Source of the DNA: Acidobacteriota bacterium
GTDB lineage: Bacteria > Acidobacteriota > Thermoanaerobaculia > Multivoradales > UBA5704
Assembly: GCA_040005235.1 (NCBI GenBank)
Contig: JBDTZG010000011.1
Coordinates: 57,785 to 121,784 of the forward strand
DNA: 64,000 nt
Direction: 5' to 3'
Shown here piece by piece: positions 47,541 through 57,947 of this stretch. Under the pieces are notes generated by a model. It had not been told where the DNA came from, did no database searches, and saw only the letters and a program-made list of their open reading frames with translations. The first letter of the stretch is position 1; each line of letters begins with the position of its first letter. Made by a program: the position numbers and the translations under genes.

Positions 47541-50213
47541 TTGAGCACCCGTGTGCGGGACTTTGCGGTCTTGTCGTTTCTACTCTTGTGCCTTGTCGGG
47601 GCGAACGCCGCTTTCGCGGTGCGGCCGTTTCCGATCCTCTTCGTCACCCAGGTGCCGATTCCGAACGACGACCAGGGCGCCCTCTCGGTCTTCGCCAATC
47701 ATCAGGCGCAGATCGATCTCACGCCGCGGGGCGGCGATCTGTGGATTCTCTACCCCGACAACACGCTCAAGAATCTGACCGCGGCGGCCGGGTTCGGCGT
47801 TCCTTGCTCGGTCGGCTCGCTCTGTTTTCAAGGATCGACTTCGATCGCGGTGCGCGAGCCGTCGATGCATTGGAGCGGCACGAAAGCCGTGTTCAGCATG
47901 GTGGTGGGAGCGCCGACGGCGCAACACGTGCCGGTCGCTTCGTTCTGGCAGCTCTATGAGATCACCGGCCTCGGGGCCGCCCAGACTCCGGTGATCACCA
48001 AGGTTCCTAACCAGCCCACGAGCTACAACAACGTGAGCCCGTTCTATGGCATGGACGAGCGGATCCTGTTCACCTCCGACCGGCCGCGCAGCGGCGAGAG
48101 CCATCTGTATCCTCAGCTCGACGAATACAAGTCGCAGCCGACGGTGACCGGGCTTTGGAGCCTCGATCCGCCGACCGGCGATTTGAAGATCTTGAACCAC
48201 ACGGTCTCCGGCCTGTTCACTCCGATCCTCGACAGCTTCGGGCGGATCGTGTTCACCCGCTGGGATCACCTCCAACGCGACTCGCAGGCCGACAAGGATT
48301 TCCAGGCCGCGCAGATGAGCCTGCCGCCCATGTTCGGGACGTTCGATTACGCGAACGAAACCGCGGGCGCCTCGCGCTCGACGACCACGGTCGAGATCTT
48401 CCCCGAGCCGCAAGGATCGCGCACCGACCTGCTGAATGGCACCAACGTGGTCGGCATGGAGTTCAATCAGTTTTTCCCCTGGGTGATGAACGAGGACGGC
48501 ACGAGCGAGGAGATCATCGACCACTCGGGGCGGCACGACTTCCGTTTCGCGCTCGGCAAGGCGTTCAACGACAATCCGGAGCTGTTGAACCTGTCGATGG
48601 TGTCGATGCCCCCGCCGCCGCGCACCAATCAAAACTACGCGAGCAATTTCCTTCAGATGAAGGAAAGCCCGACGGTGGCCGGCCGCTATTTCGGGGTGGA
48701 CGCGACAGAGACCGGCACCCACGGCGGCGGCCAGATCGTGCAGATCGATGCGGCGCCGACCAACCGGCCGGATCTGATTCCGCTCACCTGGTGGACCGAT
48801 CGGTCGGGGAGCTTCGTCTTCCAAGGCGCCGGCCCCGATCCGAACGCGATCCATACCGGCCACTACCGCAATCCGCTGCCGCTGTCGGACGGGACGCTGA
48901 TCGCCTCCCACACCGCCGAAATGCGAGGCGACGCGAACCAAGGGACGCGCGCGCTGCCGCAGTCGCTCTACTCCTATCGGATGAAGACGATCACCGGCAG
49001 CGCCGCCGCCCCGTCGCAGCAATCGGGCGCTGTGGCGACCGCGGGCGCCTTGCTCACGCCCGGGATCGTCCGCTCGGTCTGGTGGTGGGATCCGGACGTT
49101 GCGGTCACCTACAACAACGTCACGCTGTGGGAGCTCGATCCGGTCGAGGTCCGCTCGCGGACGAAGCCGATCGCCACGATTCCGCCCTTGGGGCAGCCCG
49201 AGCAGGACGCCTTTACTCTGGCAGGCGTTTCGCCCACCGCGCTGCGCAACTGGATGGCCGCCAACGACGTCGCCCTGATCGTCAGCCACAACCTCACCAC
49301 CCGCGACGGCGACGACAAGCAGCAGCCGTTCAACCTGCGGGTGAAGCAGCACAACGGAACGCTCGGCGCGACGACCACCGCCACGAGCTACGTGCCCGGC
49401 ACCAGCCACCTCTACGACGTGACGCACCTGGAGCTGTTCCAAGCCGACCAGCTGCGCGGCTTGGGCGGCACGGTCGCCCCGAAACCGGGACGCCGCCCGC
49501 TCGCCCGGCACCTGCACGACAATGCGTCGCTCAATCCGCCGAACACCAATCCTTCCGCCCCCTCGGGCACTGTCGAGCTTTCGACCGACGGCTCGATGGC
49601 CGCGTTCGTCCCCGCGCACCGGGCGCTCTCGTGGCAGCTCTCGGACGACACGTTCACGCCGGTCGTTCACGAACGATATTGGCTCACTTTCCAGCCGGGC
49701 GAGATCCGCGTCTGCGCCTCCTGCCATGGCACCAGCCACGTCGACCAGGCGGGGCATGCGGCGCCGAACAATCTGCCGCAGGCGCTGCGCACGCTGCTCG
49801 AATATTGGAAGACCCAACACCCGGCGGCTCCGGGTGCACCCGGCTTCTACGCCATCACCCCCTGCCGCGTGCTCGACTCCCGCCAAGCCGACGGCGCCGG
49901 CGGCGGCCCGGCGCTCGCGCCCATGGGCACCCGCCTCTACCACTTCGCCAACCGCTGCGCCCTTCCCGCCTCGGCCAAGGCGGTTTCGATCAACGTCACC
50001 GTCACCCAACCCGCCTCAGGCGGTTTCTTCCTTCTCTACCCCGGCGACAGCAACGCCCCGCTCACCAGCACCCTCAACTTCTCCGCCGGCCAGACGCGCA
50101 CCAACAACGCAGTCCTCTCCCTCTCCGCCGACGGCGTCGGCACCCTGAAGATCCAAAACGGCAGCCCCGGAGCGGCGCAGGTGATCGTGGATGTGAACGG
50201 GTATTTTCAATGA
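47541..50213 (+). CDS. Secreted hydrazine synthase alpha (HzsA)-related beta-propeller protein with c-type heme motif
   Basis: Signal peptide; RILFTSDR, GRIVFTRWDH, DGSMAAFVPA..WLTFQPGEIRVCASCHG; C-terminal TPCRVLDSR...DVNGYFQ domain. Confidence 0.72.
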   Translation: MSTRVRDFAVLSFLLLCLVGANAAFAVRPFPILFVTQVPIPNDDQGALSVFANHQAQIDLTPRGGDLWILYPDNTLKNLTAAAGFGVPCSVGSLCFQGSTSIAVREPSMHWSGTKAVFSMVVGAPTAQHVPVASFWQLYEITGLGAAQTPVITKVPNQPTSYNNVSPFYGMDERILFTSDRPRSGESHLYPQLDEYKSQPTVTGLWSLDPPTGDLKILNHTVSGLFTPILDSFGRIVFTRWDHLQRDSQADKDFQAAQMSLPPMFGTFDYANETAGASRSTTTVEIFPEPQGSRTDLLNGTNVVGMEFNQFFPWVMNEDGTSEEIIDHSGRHDFRFALGKAFNDNPELLNLSMVSMPPPPRTNQNYASNFLQMKESPTVAGRYFGVDATETGTHGGGQIVQIDAAPTNRPDLIPLTWWTDRSGSFVFQGAGPDPNAIHTGHYRNPLPLSDGTLIASHTAEMRGDANQGTRALPQSLYSYRMKTITGSAAAPSQQSGAVATAGALLTPGIVRSVWWWDPDVAVTYNNVTLWELDPVEVRSRTKPIATIPPLGQPEQDAFTLAGVSPTALRNWMAANDVALIVSHNLTTRDGDDKQQPFNLRVKQHNGTLGATTTATSYVPGTSHLYDVTHLELFQADQLRGLGGTVAPKPGRRPLARHLHDNASLNPPNTNPSAPSGTVELSTDGSMAAFVPAHRALSWQLSDDTFTPVVHERYWLTFQPGEIRVCASCHGTSHVDQAGHAAPNNLPQALRTLLEYWKTQHPAAPGAPGFYAITPCRVLDSRQADGAGGGPALAPMGTRLYHFANRCALPASAKAVSINVTVTQPASGGFFLLYPGDSNAPLTSTLNFSAGQTRTNNAVLSLSADGVGTLKIQNGSPGAAQVIVDVNGYFQ

Positions 50214-50252
50214 AGGCGGTTTAAGGCTAGGGCTTCACCGGAAGACTGATTT

Positions 50253-51134
50253 TCAAGTCAGGATCGCCATCGCAGACTCGAACCGCATTCCATTCCCCGA
50301 GGGATCACGAGTGAAGAGGCCTTCGTCCTGGACCTCGATGGCGACGCCGGCCGCGCGCAGCCGCTCCTCTACCCGGTCGAGCGTCTGCCGGTCGCTCAGG
50401 CGGATCGAGAACTGAAGCAGGCCCGCGGCATCCGGCGGCGGCGGGGGCGCGCCTTCGCCCTGCCAAGTGTTCAATCCCACGCGGTGGTGGTAACCGCCGG
50501 TCGAGACGAACAGCGCCGAGGGGCCGTAGCGCTGCATCTCTTCGAATCCAAGCACTCCGGCGTAGAACCGTTCCGCCTCGGCGAGATTGCGGACGTGCAG
50601 GTGGACGTGGCCCATGACTGTGCCGGCCGGGAGGGCGGCGATGGACGGCTCTCCTGCGACTTCTTCGAGCAGCGTCTCCAGGTCGAGCGCCTCGGTGAAC
50701 ATGGCGAGCTTGCCCCCCTGGCGCGGCCAGTCTTTCTCCGGTCGGTCGCGGTAGATCTCGATGCCGTTGCCTTCCGGATCGGAGAGGTAGAGCGCCTCGC
50801 TCACGCCGTGATCGGCCGCTCCTCCAAGCCGCGTGCCGGTCGAGGCGAGGCGCGTCAGAACCGCGCCCAGGTCGCGCCGGGTGGGGACCAGGAGGGCGAA
50901 ATGGAACAGGCCGGTGGTGCCGCGGACGGTTCGCGCGGCGGGGTTTTCGACCAGCGAAAGCAGAGGAAATCCGGCGGCGCCGAGCTGGACCGAGCCGGAG
51001 TCGTTTCCGGGCAGCCGTTCGAGGCCGATCCCTTGGGTGTAGTAGGCCAGAGACCGATCCAGATCGCGAACGGTGAGCTCGACCGGACCGACCGCGGTTT
51101 CGGCAGGAAGTCGGGCGGGAAGAAGTTCAGTCAT
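50253..51134 (-). CDS. VOC/glyoxalase family protein (CatE-like)
   Basis: GLFHFALLVP, ADHGVSEALYLSDPEGNGIEIY, MGHVHLHV, GGYHHRVGLNTW. Confidence 0.9.
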   Translation of the reverse strand: MTELLPARLPAETAVGPVELTVRDLDRSLAYYTQGIGLERLPGNDSGSVQLGAAGFPLLSLVENPAARTVRGTTGLFHFALLVPTRRDLGAVLTRLASTGTRLGGAADHGVSEALYLSDPEGNGIEIYRDRPEKDWPRQGGKLAMFTEALDLETLLEEVAGEPSIAALPAGTVMGHVHLHVRNLAEAERFYAGVLGFEEMQRYGPSALFVSTGGYHHRVGLNTWQGEGAPPPPPDAAGLLQFSIRLSDRQTLDRVEERLRAAGVAIEVQDEGLFTRDPSGNGMRFESAMAILT

Positions 51135-51200
51135 GCACGACAGAACCGCCGCGGGGAACAGGGGATTCCAGCACCTCGACCGGGGATACCATCCCTCGCC

Positions 51201-51473
51201 GTGCCCTTCGTCTACATCCTCTGCTGCCGCGACGGCTCGCTCTACACGGGAGCCGCCGTCGACCTCGCCAAACGCCTCCGCGAACACCAGGCGGGCAGGG
51301 GCTCCCGCTACACCCGCTCGCGCCTGCCGGTGGACCTCGCCTGGTCGGTCGAAGTCGAAACCTGGAGCGACGCGCTGCGCGAGGAGCGGCGGATCAAGCG
51401 GCTGCGGCGGGTTAAGAAGGAAGAGCTGATGGAGGAAGGTTCGGCCGCGCCGGAAAACGCCCCGGCACCCTGA
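51201..51473 (+). CDS. GIY-YIG nuclease family protein (UPF0213)
   Basis: FVYILCCRDGSLYTG...RLREHQAGRGSRYTRSRLPV. Confidence 0.88.
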   Translation: MPFVYILCCRDGSLYTGAAVDLAKRLREHQAGRGSRYTRSRLPVDLAWSVEVETWSDALREERRIKRLRRVKKEELMEEGSAAPENAPAP

Positions 51474-51548
51474 GCTTCTCCATCAATACTTTTAGCGGCA
51501 CGGGCATAGAATGAACCCGCCTGCACTACGGGCAGACGGAGACCATCA

Positions 51549-51770
51549 ATGCAAAAACAACTCACCGCTATCATCGAACGCGAGGATGACGGCTACTCGG
51601 CGCTCTGCCCGGAGCTGGATATCGCGAGCCAGGGCGGAACCGTCGAGGAGGCAAGGGGGAATCTCCGTGAGGCTTTGGAGCTTTTTTTTGAGACCGCCTC
51701 AGAGGACGAAGTTCATCGCCGTCTTCACGATGAGGTCTATGTAACGCGGTTGGAGGTTGCGGTTGGGTAA
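51549..51770 (+). CDS. hicB: HicB-family antitoxin (short)
   Basis: YSALCPELDIASQGGTVEEARGNLREAL. Confidence 0.88.
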   Translation: MQKQLTAIIEREDDGYSALCPELDIASQGGTVEEARGNLREALELFFETASEDEVHRRLHDEVYVTRLEVAVG

Positions 51771-51984
51771 GCTGCGCATCCTCTCGGGCAAGGATGTCTG
51801 CGGGATTCTCTCAGGGCACGGATTCGTCGCCGTTCGGCAGGCCGGCAGCCACATCGTGATGCAGCTGCGGCTTCAAGGAACTACGGTTACGGTCCCGGTG
51901 CCCAATCATTCGACCCTTCGGATTGGAACCCTCCAATCGATCATTCGACAGTCGGGCGTTCCGCGCGGCGAATTCGAGTCGTAG
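51757..51984 (+). CDS. hicA: HicA-family toxin
   Basis: GFVAVRQAGSHIVM, VPVPNH, GTLQSIIRQSG. Confidence 0.88.
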   Translation: MRLGKLRILSGKDVCGILSGHGFVAVRQAGSHIVMQLRLQGTTVTVPVPNHSTLRIGTLQSIIRQSGVPRGEFES

Positions 51985-51990
51985 GCCGCA

Positions 51991-52020
51991 GGCCTGACAG
52001 GGTGGAGTTCCTGTCAGGCC
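51991..52020. terminator. Hairpin between convergent genes
   Basis: GGCCTGACAGG-N8-CCTGTCAGGCC, 11-bp perfect stem. Confidence 0.55.
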
Positions 52021-52053
52021 CTCCTTAAACAACCTAAGTCGTGCGAGGTCGCC

Positions 52054-53553
52054 CTACGGCGTCGGAGCCGAAGCTTCCGCGGTTGCCGCCGGCTCGGATT
52101 TAGCCGGCTCCTCCCACCCGCCCCCCAGTGCCTTGAACAGAGCTACTGCCGCCACCAGCTCGTCCCTCCGGACTTGGGTCCAGGTGATTTGCGCGAGGAA
52201 TTGGCTGCGTTGGGCGTCGAGGACTTCGAAGTAGGAGGACTCTCCGGCGTCGTAGCGGATGTCGGCGAGGTTTCTGGCGCGGCCCAGGGCTTCGACCTGG
52301 CGGGCTCGGGCTTCTCGTTCTTCGATTCCGGTCGAGCGGGCGACGAGGGCATCTTCGACCTCGGCGAACGCCGTTTGGATCGACTTCTGGTAGACGGCTT
52401 CGGCTTGGTGTTCGCGGGCGGTGGCAGCTTCCACCTGGCGGCGGGTGCGGCCGGCGTTCCAGATCGGCTGGAGGACGCCGAGCGCGGCCTGCCAGATTCC
52501 CGTTCCGGAGCCGAACAGGTCGGCAAGGTCGGTGCTTTCCGAGCCGGCGTAGCCGGTGAGCGAGATCGAGGGGAAGTACGCCGCGCGGGCGATGCCGATG
52601 CGGGCGTCCGCCGCGATCAGGCGCTGCTCGGCGGCGACCAGGTCGGGCCGGCGGACGAGGAGCTGAGAGGGCAGGCCGACAGGGACCTCCGGCAGGGTCG
52701 GAGATTCGAGCGAGCTTCCGGCGTGATCGATACTGCCGCCGATCCGTCCCAGCAGGACGTTCAGCCGATTTTCGGTCTGGCGGATCGCGCGGTGGAGCGC
52801 GGGAACGGTCGCTTCGGTCGAGGCCACTTCGGACTGGGCCTGGGCGAGATCGAGCTCTGAGATGGTGCCCGCGTCGTAGCGCGCTTTTTGCAGGCGGACC
52901 GATTCGCCCCTCGTGCCCAGGGTATCGCGGGCGATCGCGAGTTGGGCGTCGAACGAGAGCAGGTCGAACCAGGCGGTCGCTATCTCGGAGGCGAGGGCGA
53001 GCCTGATGTTTCTTTGTCCTTCTTCCGTCGCCAGCAGCTCCGCCCGCGCGGCTTCCGTGGCGCGGCGATAGCGACCCCAGAAGTCGAATTCGTACGAGAT
53101 GCCTACGGTCGTGCGGAACGAATCGAATTCGAGCGGTACCCCGGGCGGAAACTGCCCCGAGGCGTTTGAGAATCGGGTGCGCGAGGCCCCGCCGTTGGCG
53201 TCGATCTCGGGGAACTGCTCGGCGCGGGCGAAACCGGCGAGCGCGCGGGCTTCTTCCACCCGTGCCGCCGCGGCGGCGAGGTCCTGGTTGGCGCCGAGCG
53301 CCTCGTCCACCAGCCGGTCGAGGTTCGGATCGGCGAACAGTTTCCACCAGGCGTCGGGGATGGCCGAGGCGGACCCGGCGGCTTGAGAATAAGCCTCGGG
53401 CAATGCGACCTTGGGGCGCTCGTACTTCGTCCGGAGCGAAGCGCAACCGGTGAGCAGCACGGCGGCGGTGGTGAGAGCCAGGCCGAGACCTGCATATCGA
53501 ACAGCCCGGAGCCCGGAACGGAGACTCGGAGCGGAGGGGCGGAAGGGAATCAT
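52054..53553 (-). CDS. RND outer-membrane factor lipoprotein (OprM/NodT family)
   Basis: Lipobox LTGC, WWKLFADP, LPSQLLVRRPD, LFKALGGGW. Confidence 0.93.
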   Translation of the reverse strand: MIPFRPSAPSLRSGLRAVRYAGLGLALTTAAVLLTGCASLRTKYERPKVALPEAYSQAAGSASAIPDAWWKLFADPNLDRLVDEALGANQDLAAAAARVEEARALAGFARAEQFPEIDANGGASRTRFSNASGQFPPGVPLEFDSFRTTVGISYEFDFWGRYRRATEAARAELLATEEGQRNIRLALASEIATAWFDLLSFDAQLAIARDTLGTRGESVRLQKARYDAGTISELDLAQAQSEVASTEATVPALHRAIRQTENRLNVLLGRIGGSIDHAGSSLESPTLPEVPVGLPSQLLVRRPDLVAAEQRLIAADARIGIARAAYFPSISLTGYAGSESTDLADLFGSGTGIWQAALGVLQPIWNAGRTRRQVEAATAREHQAEAVYQKSIQTAFAEVEDALVARSTGIEEREARARQVEALGRARNLADIRYDAGESSYFEVLDAQRSQFLAQITWTQVRRDELVAAVALFKALGGGWEEPAKSEPAATAEASAPTP

Positions 53554-56500
53554 GAAGCGCTCCTTTCAACGGTCACGCGGCGCGCCGAGATCGGGTCGGT
53601 TTCGTCGAGGTCCGGTTTCGGCTCTTTGTCTCTGGACACCCAGCGGTAGAAGAGCGGGATGAACAGCACGGCGACGAGTGTGGCGACCAACATGCCGCCG
53701 ACCACTCCGGTGCCCATCGAGCGGCGGGCCGCGGAGCCCGCGCCGGTCGAAAGCGCGAGCGGCAGAACGCCGAGGATGAACGCGAACGAGGTCATCAGAA
53801 TCGGCCGGAAGCGCAGCCGGGCCGCCTCGGCCGCGGCTTCGATGACCGATTTGCCCTGCTCGCGTTGCTGAGAGGCGAACTCGACGATCAGAATCGCGTT
53901 CTTGGCCGAGAGTCCGATCAGGGTCACCAAACCGATCTGGAAGTAGACGTCGTTCGGCATGCCGCGGAGATAGACCGCAACCAGGGCGCCTAAGAACGCG
54001 AACGGCACCGAGAGGAGAACCGCGATCGGCAGCGACCACTTCTCGAACTGGGCGGCGAGGATCAAGAACACGAACACCATGCCGAACAGCAGAACCTGGG
54101 TGGAGGAGCCGCCGCTCTTCTTTTCCTGATAGGCGCTGCCGGTCCAGGCGATGCCGAAGCCCGGCGGCAGTTCCTTGGCGGCGACCTCTTCGACCGCGGC
54201 CAGCGCCTCGGACGAGCTTCGGCCCGGCGCCGGGGCGCCGAGGATCTTGATCGACGGATAGAGGTTGAACCGTTCGAGCGTCTCGGCGCCCGCGCTGTAG
54301 TCGAGCGTGAGCAGCGAGGAGAGCGGCACCATCGAGCCGCTGCTCGAACGGACGAAGCTGCGGATGAGGTCCTCGGGCTTCGCGCGGTACTCGGCGTCGG
54401 CTTGGACCTGGACGCGGAAGACCCGGCCGGCCTTGTCGAAGTCGTTGACGTAGAGCGAGCCGAACGACGCCTGGAGGGTCGAAAAGACGTCATCGACCGA
54501 GACGCCGAGCGACTTGGCCTTCTCCCGGTCGAGGCGGACGTGGATCTGCGGCGAGTCGGCGCGGAAGAGCGAATACGCGCCGAACAGACGCTTGTCCTGG
54601 TTCAGCTTGCCCATCAGCTGTTGGGCTACCTGGTTCAGGCGCGCGGTGTCGCCCTCGCCGCGGTTTTGGACGTAGACCTCGAAGCCGCCGGTTTGGCCCA
54701 GGCCTTGGATCGGCGGCGGGTTGAAGCCGAACACCTGCGCCTCTTTGATCCCGGCGATCCCGCCGAAGAAGCGGCCGAGCGTGGCGTCGAGCGACAGGTT
54801 CGGCGTCTTTCGATCGCGCCAGTTCTTCAAGATGACGAACATGGTCGAGACCGAGCCTTTCGAGCCGCCGCCGATGAAGTCGAGACCGTTGATCGTCGCC
54901 ACGTGCTCGACCGCAGGATCGGCGCGCAGGAAGGTTTCGACCCGTTCGGCCACCGCATGCGTGCGTCCGAGCGTCGCCCCTTCGGGCAGCAGCGCGGCCG
55001 CGATGAAGAAGCCTTGGTCCTCGGCCGGAACGAGCGCGCCGGGGACTTTGCCGAACATGAAGATGGCGCCGACCACGACGAGCGTGAAGAGCACGGCGCC
55101 GAGCGCCGGCAGTCCGAGCAGCCAGCGGACGGCGCGCACGAAATGGCCGGTGCCGTTGTCGAAACGGTGGTTGAAGCCGCGGAAGAACGCGCCGAGCGGA
55201 CCGCGCGGCTCGCGATGCTCGCGCAGGACGAGGGCGCAGAGGGCGGGGGTGAGGGTCAAGGCGACGAGCCCCGAGATCGCGACCGAGATCGCGACGGTGA
55301 TCGCAAACTGGCGGTAGAGCTGACCCGCGAGGCCGCCCAGGAACGCGACCGGCACGAATACCGAAATGAGCACGAGGACGATCGCGACCACCGGGCCGGT
55401 GACCTCGGTCATCGATTCGAACGCCGCCTCGCGGGCGGACTTGCCCTCGGTACGCATGATGCGTTCGGTGTTTTCGAGCACGACGATCGCGTCGTCGACG
55501 ACGATGCCGATCGCCAGGACCAACCCGAACAGGGTGAGCGTGTTGATCGAAAAGCCGAGGGCGTACATGCCGGCGAACGTGCCGATCAGCGACACCGGCA
55601 CGGCGACCATTGGAATCAGCGTCGCGCGGAAGCTCTGGAGGAACAGGTAGACCACCAGGAGCACTAGCAGCAGCGCCTCGGCGAGGGTTTTGATCACCTC
55701 TTCGATCGACACCTGGACGAACCGCGTGGTGTCGAACGGAATCTGGTACTCAATACCCGCCGGGAACGATTTGGACAGCTCGTTGAGCTGCTTGATCACG
55801 CCGTCGGCGGTGGCGAGCGCGTTGGCGCCCGGCTGGAGGAAGACGCCGATGAAGATCGCCTGTCGGCCGTCGAGGCGCGCCTCGGAATCGTAGGAACTGG
55901 AGCCCAGCTCGACCCTCGCCACGTCGCCCAGCCGTAGGATCTTGCCGTCCGGTTGCGCCCGCAGGACGATCGCCTGAAATTGTTCCGGCGTCTTCAGCCG
56001 GTCTTCGGCGGTGACCGTGTAGGTCAGCTCCTGTTCCGTGCTCGCCGGCCCCTGGCCGATCTTGCCGACCGCGAACTGCGCGTTCTGCTCGCGGATCGCG
56101 GCGGCGACGTCGTTAGGCGTGAGGCTGTAGAGCGCCAGCTGGTCGGGGTGCAGCCAGATCCGCATCGCGTAGTCGCGGGCGCCGAAGATCTGCGCATTGC
56201 CGACGCCGGGAACGCGCTTCAAGGGCTCGAGAATGTTGATCGAAATGTAGTTCGACAGGTACACCGGGTCGTAGCGCCCGCCGGGCGACGAGAAGGTGAC
56301 GATCTGGATGAACGAGTTGCTCTGTTTCTGGACCGTGACGCCGTTCCGGCGCACCTCTTCGGGCAGGCGCGGCTCGGCGAGGCGGACGCGGTTGGACACG
56401 TTGTTCGCCGCGAGATCGATGTCGGTGCCGATCTCGAAAGTCACCGTGGTGGTCACGAGCCCGCTCGAAGTCGAGATCGAGCTCAGGTAGAGCATTCCCT

Positions 56501-56720
56501 CGACGCCATTGATCTGCTCTTCGATCGGCGCGGCGACGGTTTTCTGGAGCGCTTCGGCGGTGGCGCCCGGATAGATCGAGGTCACCGTGATCTGCGGCGG
56601 CGCGATCTCGGGATATTGCGCGATCGGCAACGACTTGATCGCGACGAAGCCCGCGAGCAGGATGACGATCGAGACGACGCTGGCGAAGATGGGGCGACGA
56701 ATGAAGAAGTGCGAAAACAT
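53550..56720 (-). CDS. HAE1 RND efflux permease (AcrB/MexB family)
   Basis: FFIRRPIFA, LPIAQYPEIAPP, GIVVDDAIVV, LSAKNAILIVEFA, RFRPILMTS. Confidence 0.96.
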   Translation of the reverse strand: MFSHFFIRRPIFASVVSIVILLAGFVAIKSLPIAQYPEIAPPQITVTSIYPGATAEALQKTVAAPIEEQINGVEGMLYLSSISTSSGLVTTTVTFEIGTDIDLAANNVSNRVRLAEPRLPEEVRRNGVTVQKQSNSFIQIVTFSSPGGRYDPVYLSNYISINILEPLKRVPGVGNAQIFGARDYAMRIWLHPDQLALYSLTPNDVAAAIREQNAQFAVGKIGQGPASTEQELTYTVTAEDRLKTPEQFQAIVLRAQPDGKILRLGDVARVELGSSSYDSEARLDGRQAIFIGVFLQPGANALATADGVIKQLNELSKSFPAGIEYQIPFDTTRFVQVSIEEVIKTLAEALLLVLLVVYLFLQSFRATLIPMVAVPVSLIGTFAGMYALGFSINTLTLFGLVLAIGIVVDDAIVVLENTERIMRTEGKSAREAAFESMTEVTGPVVAIVLVLISVFVPVAFLGGLAGQLYRQFAITVAISVAISGLVALTLTPALCALVLREHREPRGPLGAFFRGFNHRFDNGTGHFVRAVRWLLGLPALGAVLFTLVVVGAIFMFGKVPGALVPAEDQGFFIAAALLPEGATLGRTHAVAERVETFLRADPAVEHVATINGLDFIGGGSKGSVSTMFVILKNWRDRKTPNLSLDATLGRFFGGIAGIKEAQVFGFNPPPIQGLGQTGGFEVYVQNRGEGDTARLNQVAQQLMGKLNQDKRLFGAYSLFRADSPQIHVRLDREKAKSLGVSVDDVFSTLQASFGSLYVNDFDKAGRVFRVQVQADAEYRAKPEDLIRSFVRSSSGSMVPLSSLLTLDYSAGAETLERFNLYPSIKILGAPAPGRSSSEALAAVEEVAAKELPPGFGIAWTGSAYQEKKSGGSSTQVLLFGMVFVFLILAAQFEKWSLPIAVLLSVPFAFLGALVAVYLRGMPNDVYFQIGLVTLIGLSAKNAILIVEFASQQREQGKSVIEAAAEAARLRFRPILMTSFAFILGVLPLALSTGAGSAARRSMGTGVVGGMLVATLVAVLFIPLFYRWVSRDKEPKPDLDETDPISARRVTVERSAS

Positions 56721-56729
56721 TCGGCCGCC

Positions 56730-57947
56730 TCAGTTCTTGCCGCCGGCCGCATCGGCGCCGGATTTTGCCGCGTCGCCGGCCGGGGCGGTTGCGTCACCTA
56801 CCTTTACGGCAGCGCCCGGCTGGACTTTGACCGCGCCGTCGACGATCACCCGGTCGCCCGGCTCAAGCCCCGAATTGATGATCCAGTCCTGGCCCAGCCA
56901 ATCGCCCGCGACGACCGGCTTCACCACGGCCTTGCTCTCCGCATCCACCACGAACACGAACTTGCCTTCCGCGTTCTGCTGCACCGCGCGCTGCGGCACC
57001 AGGATCGCGCCCTGCCGCTCGACACCGAGCAGATGCACGCGCACGAACTGACCGGGCACGAGAGAGCTGGTGGCGTTCGGCAGCTGGGCGCGCCAATCTT
57101 GTGAGCCGGTGGCCGGATCGATCAGCGAATCGGCGAAGTTGACCCTGCCGCGCTCGGGGTGGACCGAACCGTCCGGCAGGACCAACTCGACCTCCAGGTT
57201 CCGGTTGCCCGGCGAGCTGAGCTTGCCGCTCGAAATGCCCTCGCGCAGCGCCCGCATGGTCTGGTCGGCGGCACTGAACCGCACCCAGATCGGCTGCACC
57301 TGAGAGATCCGGGTGAGCAGGCCGGTTTCGCCGGGACCGACCAGGCTGCCTTCCGATTTTTCGGCCCGGGAGGAGACGCCGGAGATCGGCGCCGTGACGC
57401 GCGTGTAGGAAAGGTTGAGCTTCGCCTCGTCCAGCCGCGCCTGCGCCGCCTGCACCGTGGCCTTGGCCTCGTCGACGTCGGACACCGCGTTGTCGTAATC
57501 CTTCCGCGGGGTCGCATGGGCGGCGAGCAACGGCTCCAACCGCGCGACGTCGCGCTGAGATCGGGCGAGCTTCGCCCGTTCTTCGGCCAGGCTCGCCTCC
57601 GCCGCCCGAACCTGGGCGCGGTACTCGGACGGATCGATCGTGAATAGGGCCTGGCCCTTTCGGATCGGCCGCCCTTCTTCATAGTCGCGCGAGAGCAAAA
57701 TGCCGGAGACCCGGGCGCGCACTTCGATCTCGCGCGAGCCTTCGATCCGGCCGGTCAGCTCGTAAGGAACGGGCACCGTGCGCGGCGCCACTGAGACCAC
57801 GGTGACCTGAGCGGGCGGCGGTGCTTGCGCGCCCGCTTCGGGCGCCTTTTTGCCGCATCCGGCGATCGAGAGCAGCGCCGACAGCGGCAGCACGACGGAG
57901 AAAACCCGGACGGCGATGCGCCGCACCGGTGGATTGGATCGATTCAT
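56730..57947 (-). CDS. RND periplasmic adaptor (AcrA family)
   Basis: Lipobox IAGC, EVRARVSG, LSYTRVTAPISG. Confidence 0.94.
   Translation of the reverse strand: MNRSNPPVRRIAVRVFSVVLPLSALLSIAGCGKKAPEAGAQAPPPAQVTVVSVAPRTVPVPYELTGRIEGSREIEVRARVSGILLSRDYEEGRPIRKGQALFTIDPSEYRAQVRAAEASLAEERAKLARSQRDVARLEPLLAAHATPRKDYDNAVSDVDEAKATVQAAQARLDEAKLNLSYTRVTAPISGVSSRAEKSEGSLVGPGETGLLTRISQVQPIWVRFSAADQTMRALREGISSGKLSSPGNRNLEVELVLPDGSVHPERGRVNFADSLIDPATGSQDWRAQLPNATSSLVPGQFVRVHLLGVERQGAILVPQRAVQQNAEGKFVFVVDAESKAVVKPVVAGDWLGQDWIINSGLEPGDRVIVDGAVKVQPGAAVKVGDATAPAGDAAKSGADAAGGKN

Noticed and set aside
51991-52020. CCTGACAG shared between this hairpin and the CRISPR repeat (possible anti-repeat)
   Set aside because: Only about 8 bp, 35 kb away; better explained as a terminator.
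1822-57104. Many long antisense or alternative-frame ORFs (e.g. 1822..3558, 4259..5794, 27655..29550, 47580..50009)
   Set aside because: Shadow ORFs typical of high GC; Arg/Pro-rich with no motifs, overlapping well-supported genes.
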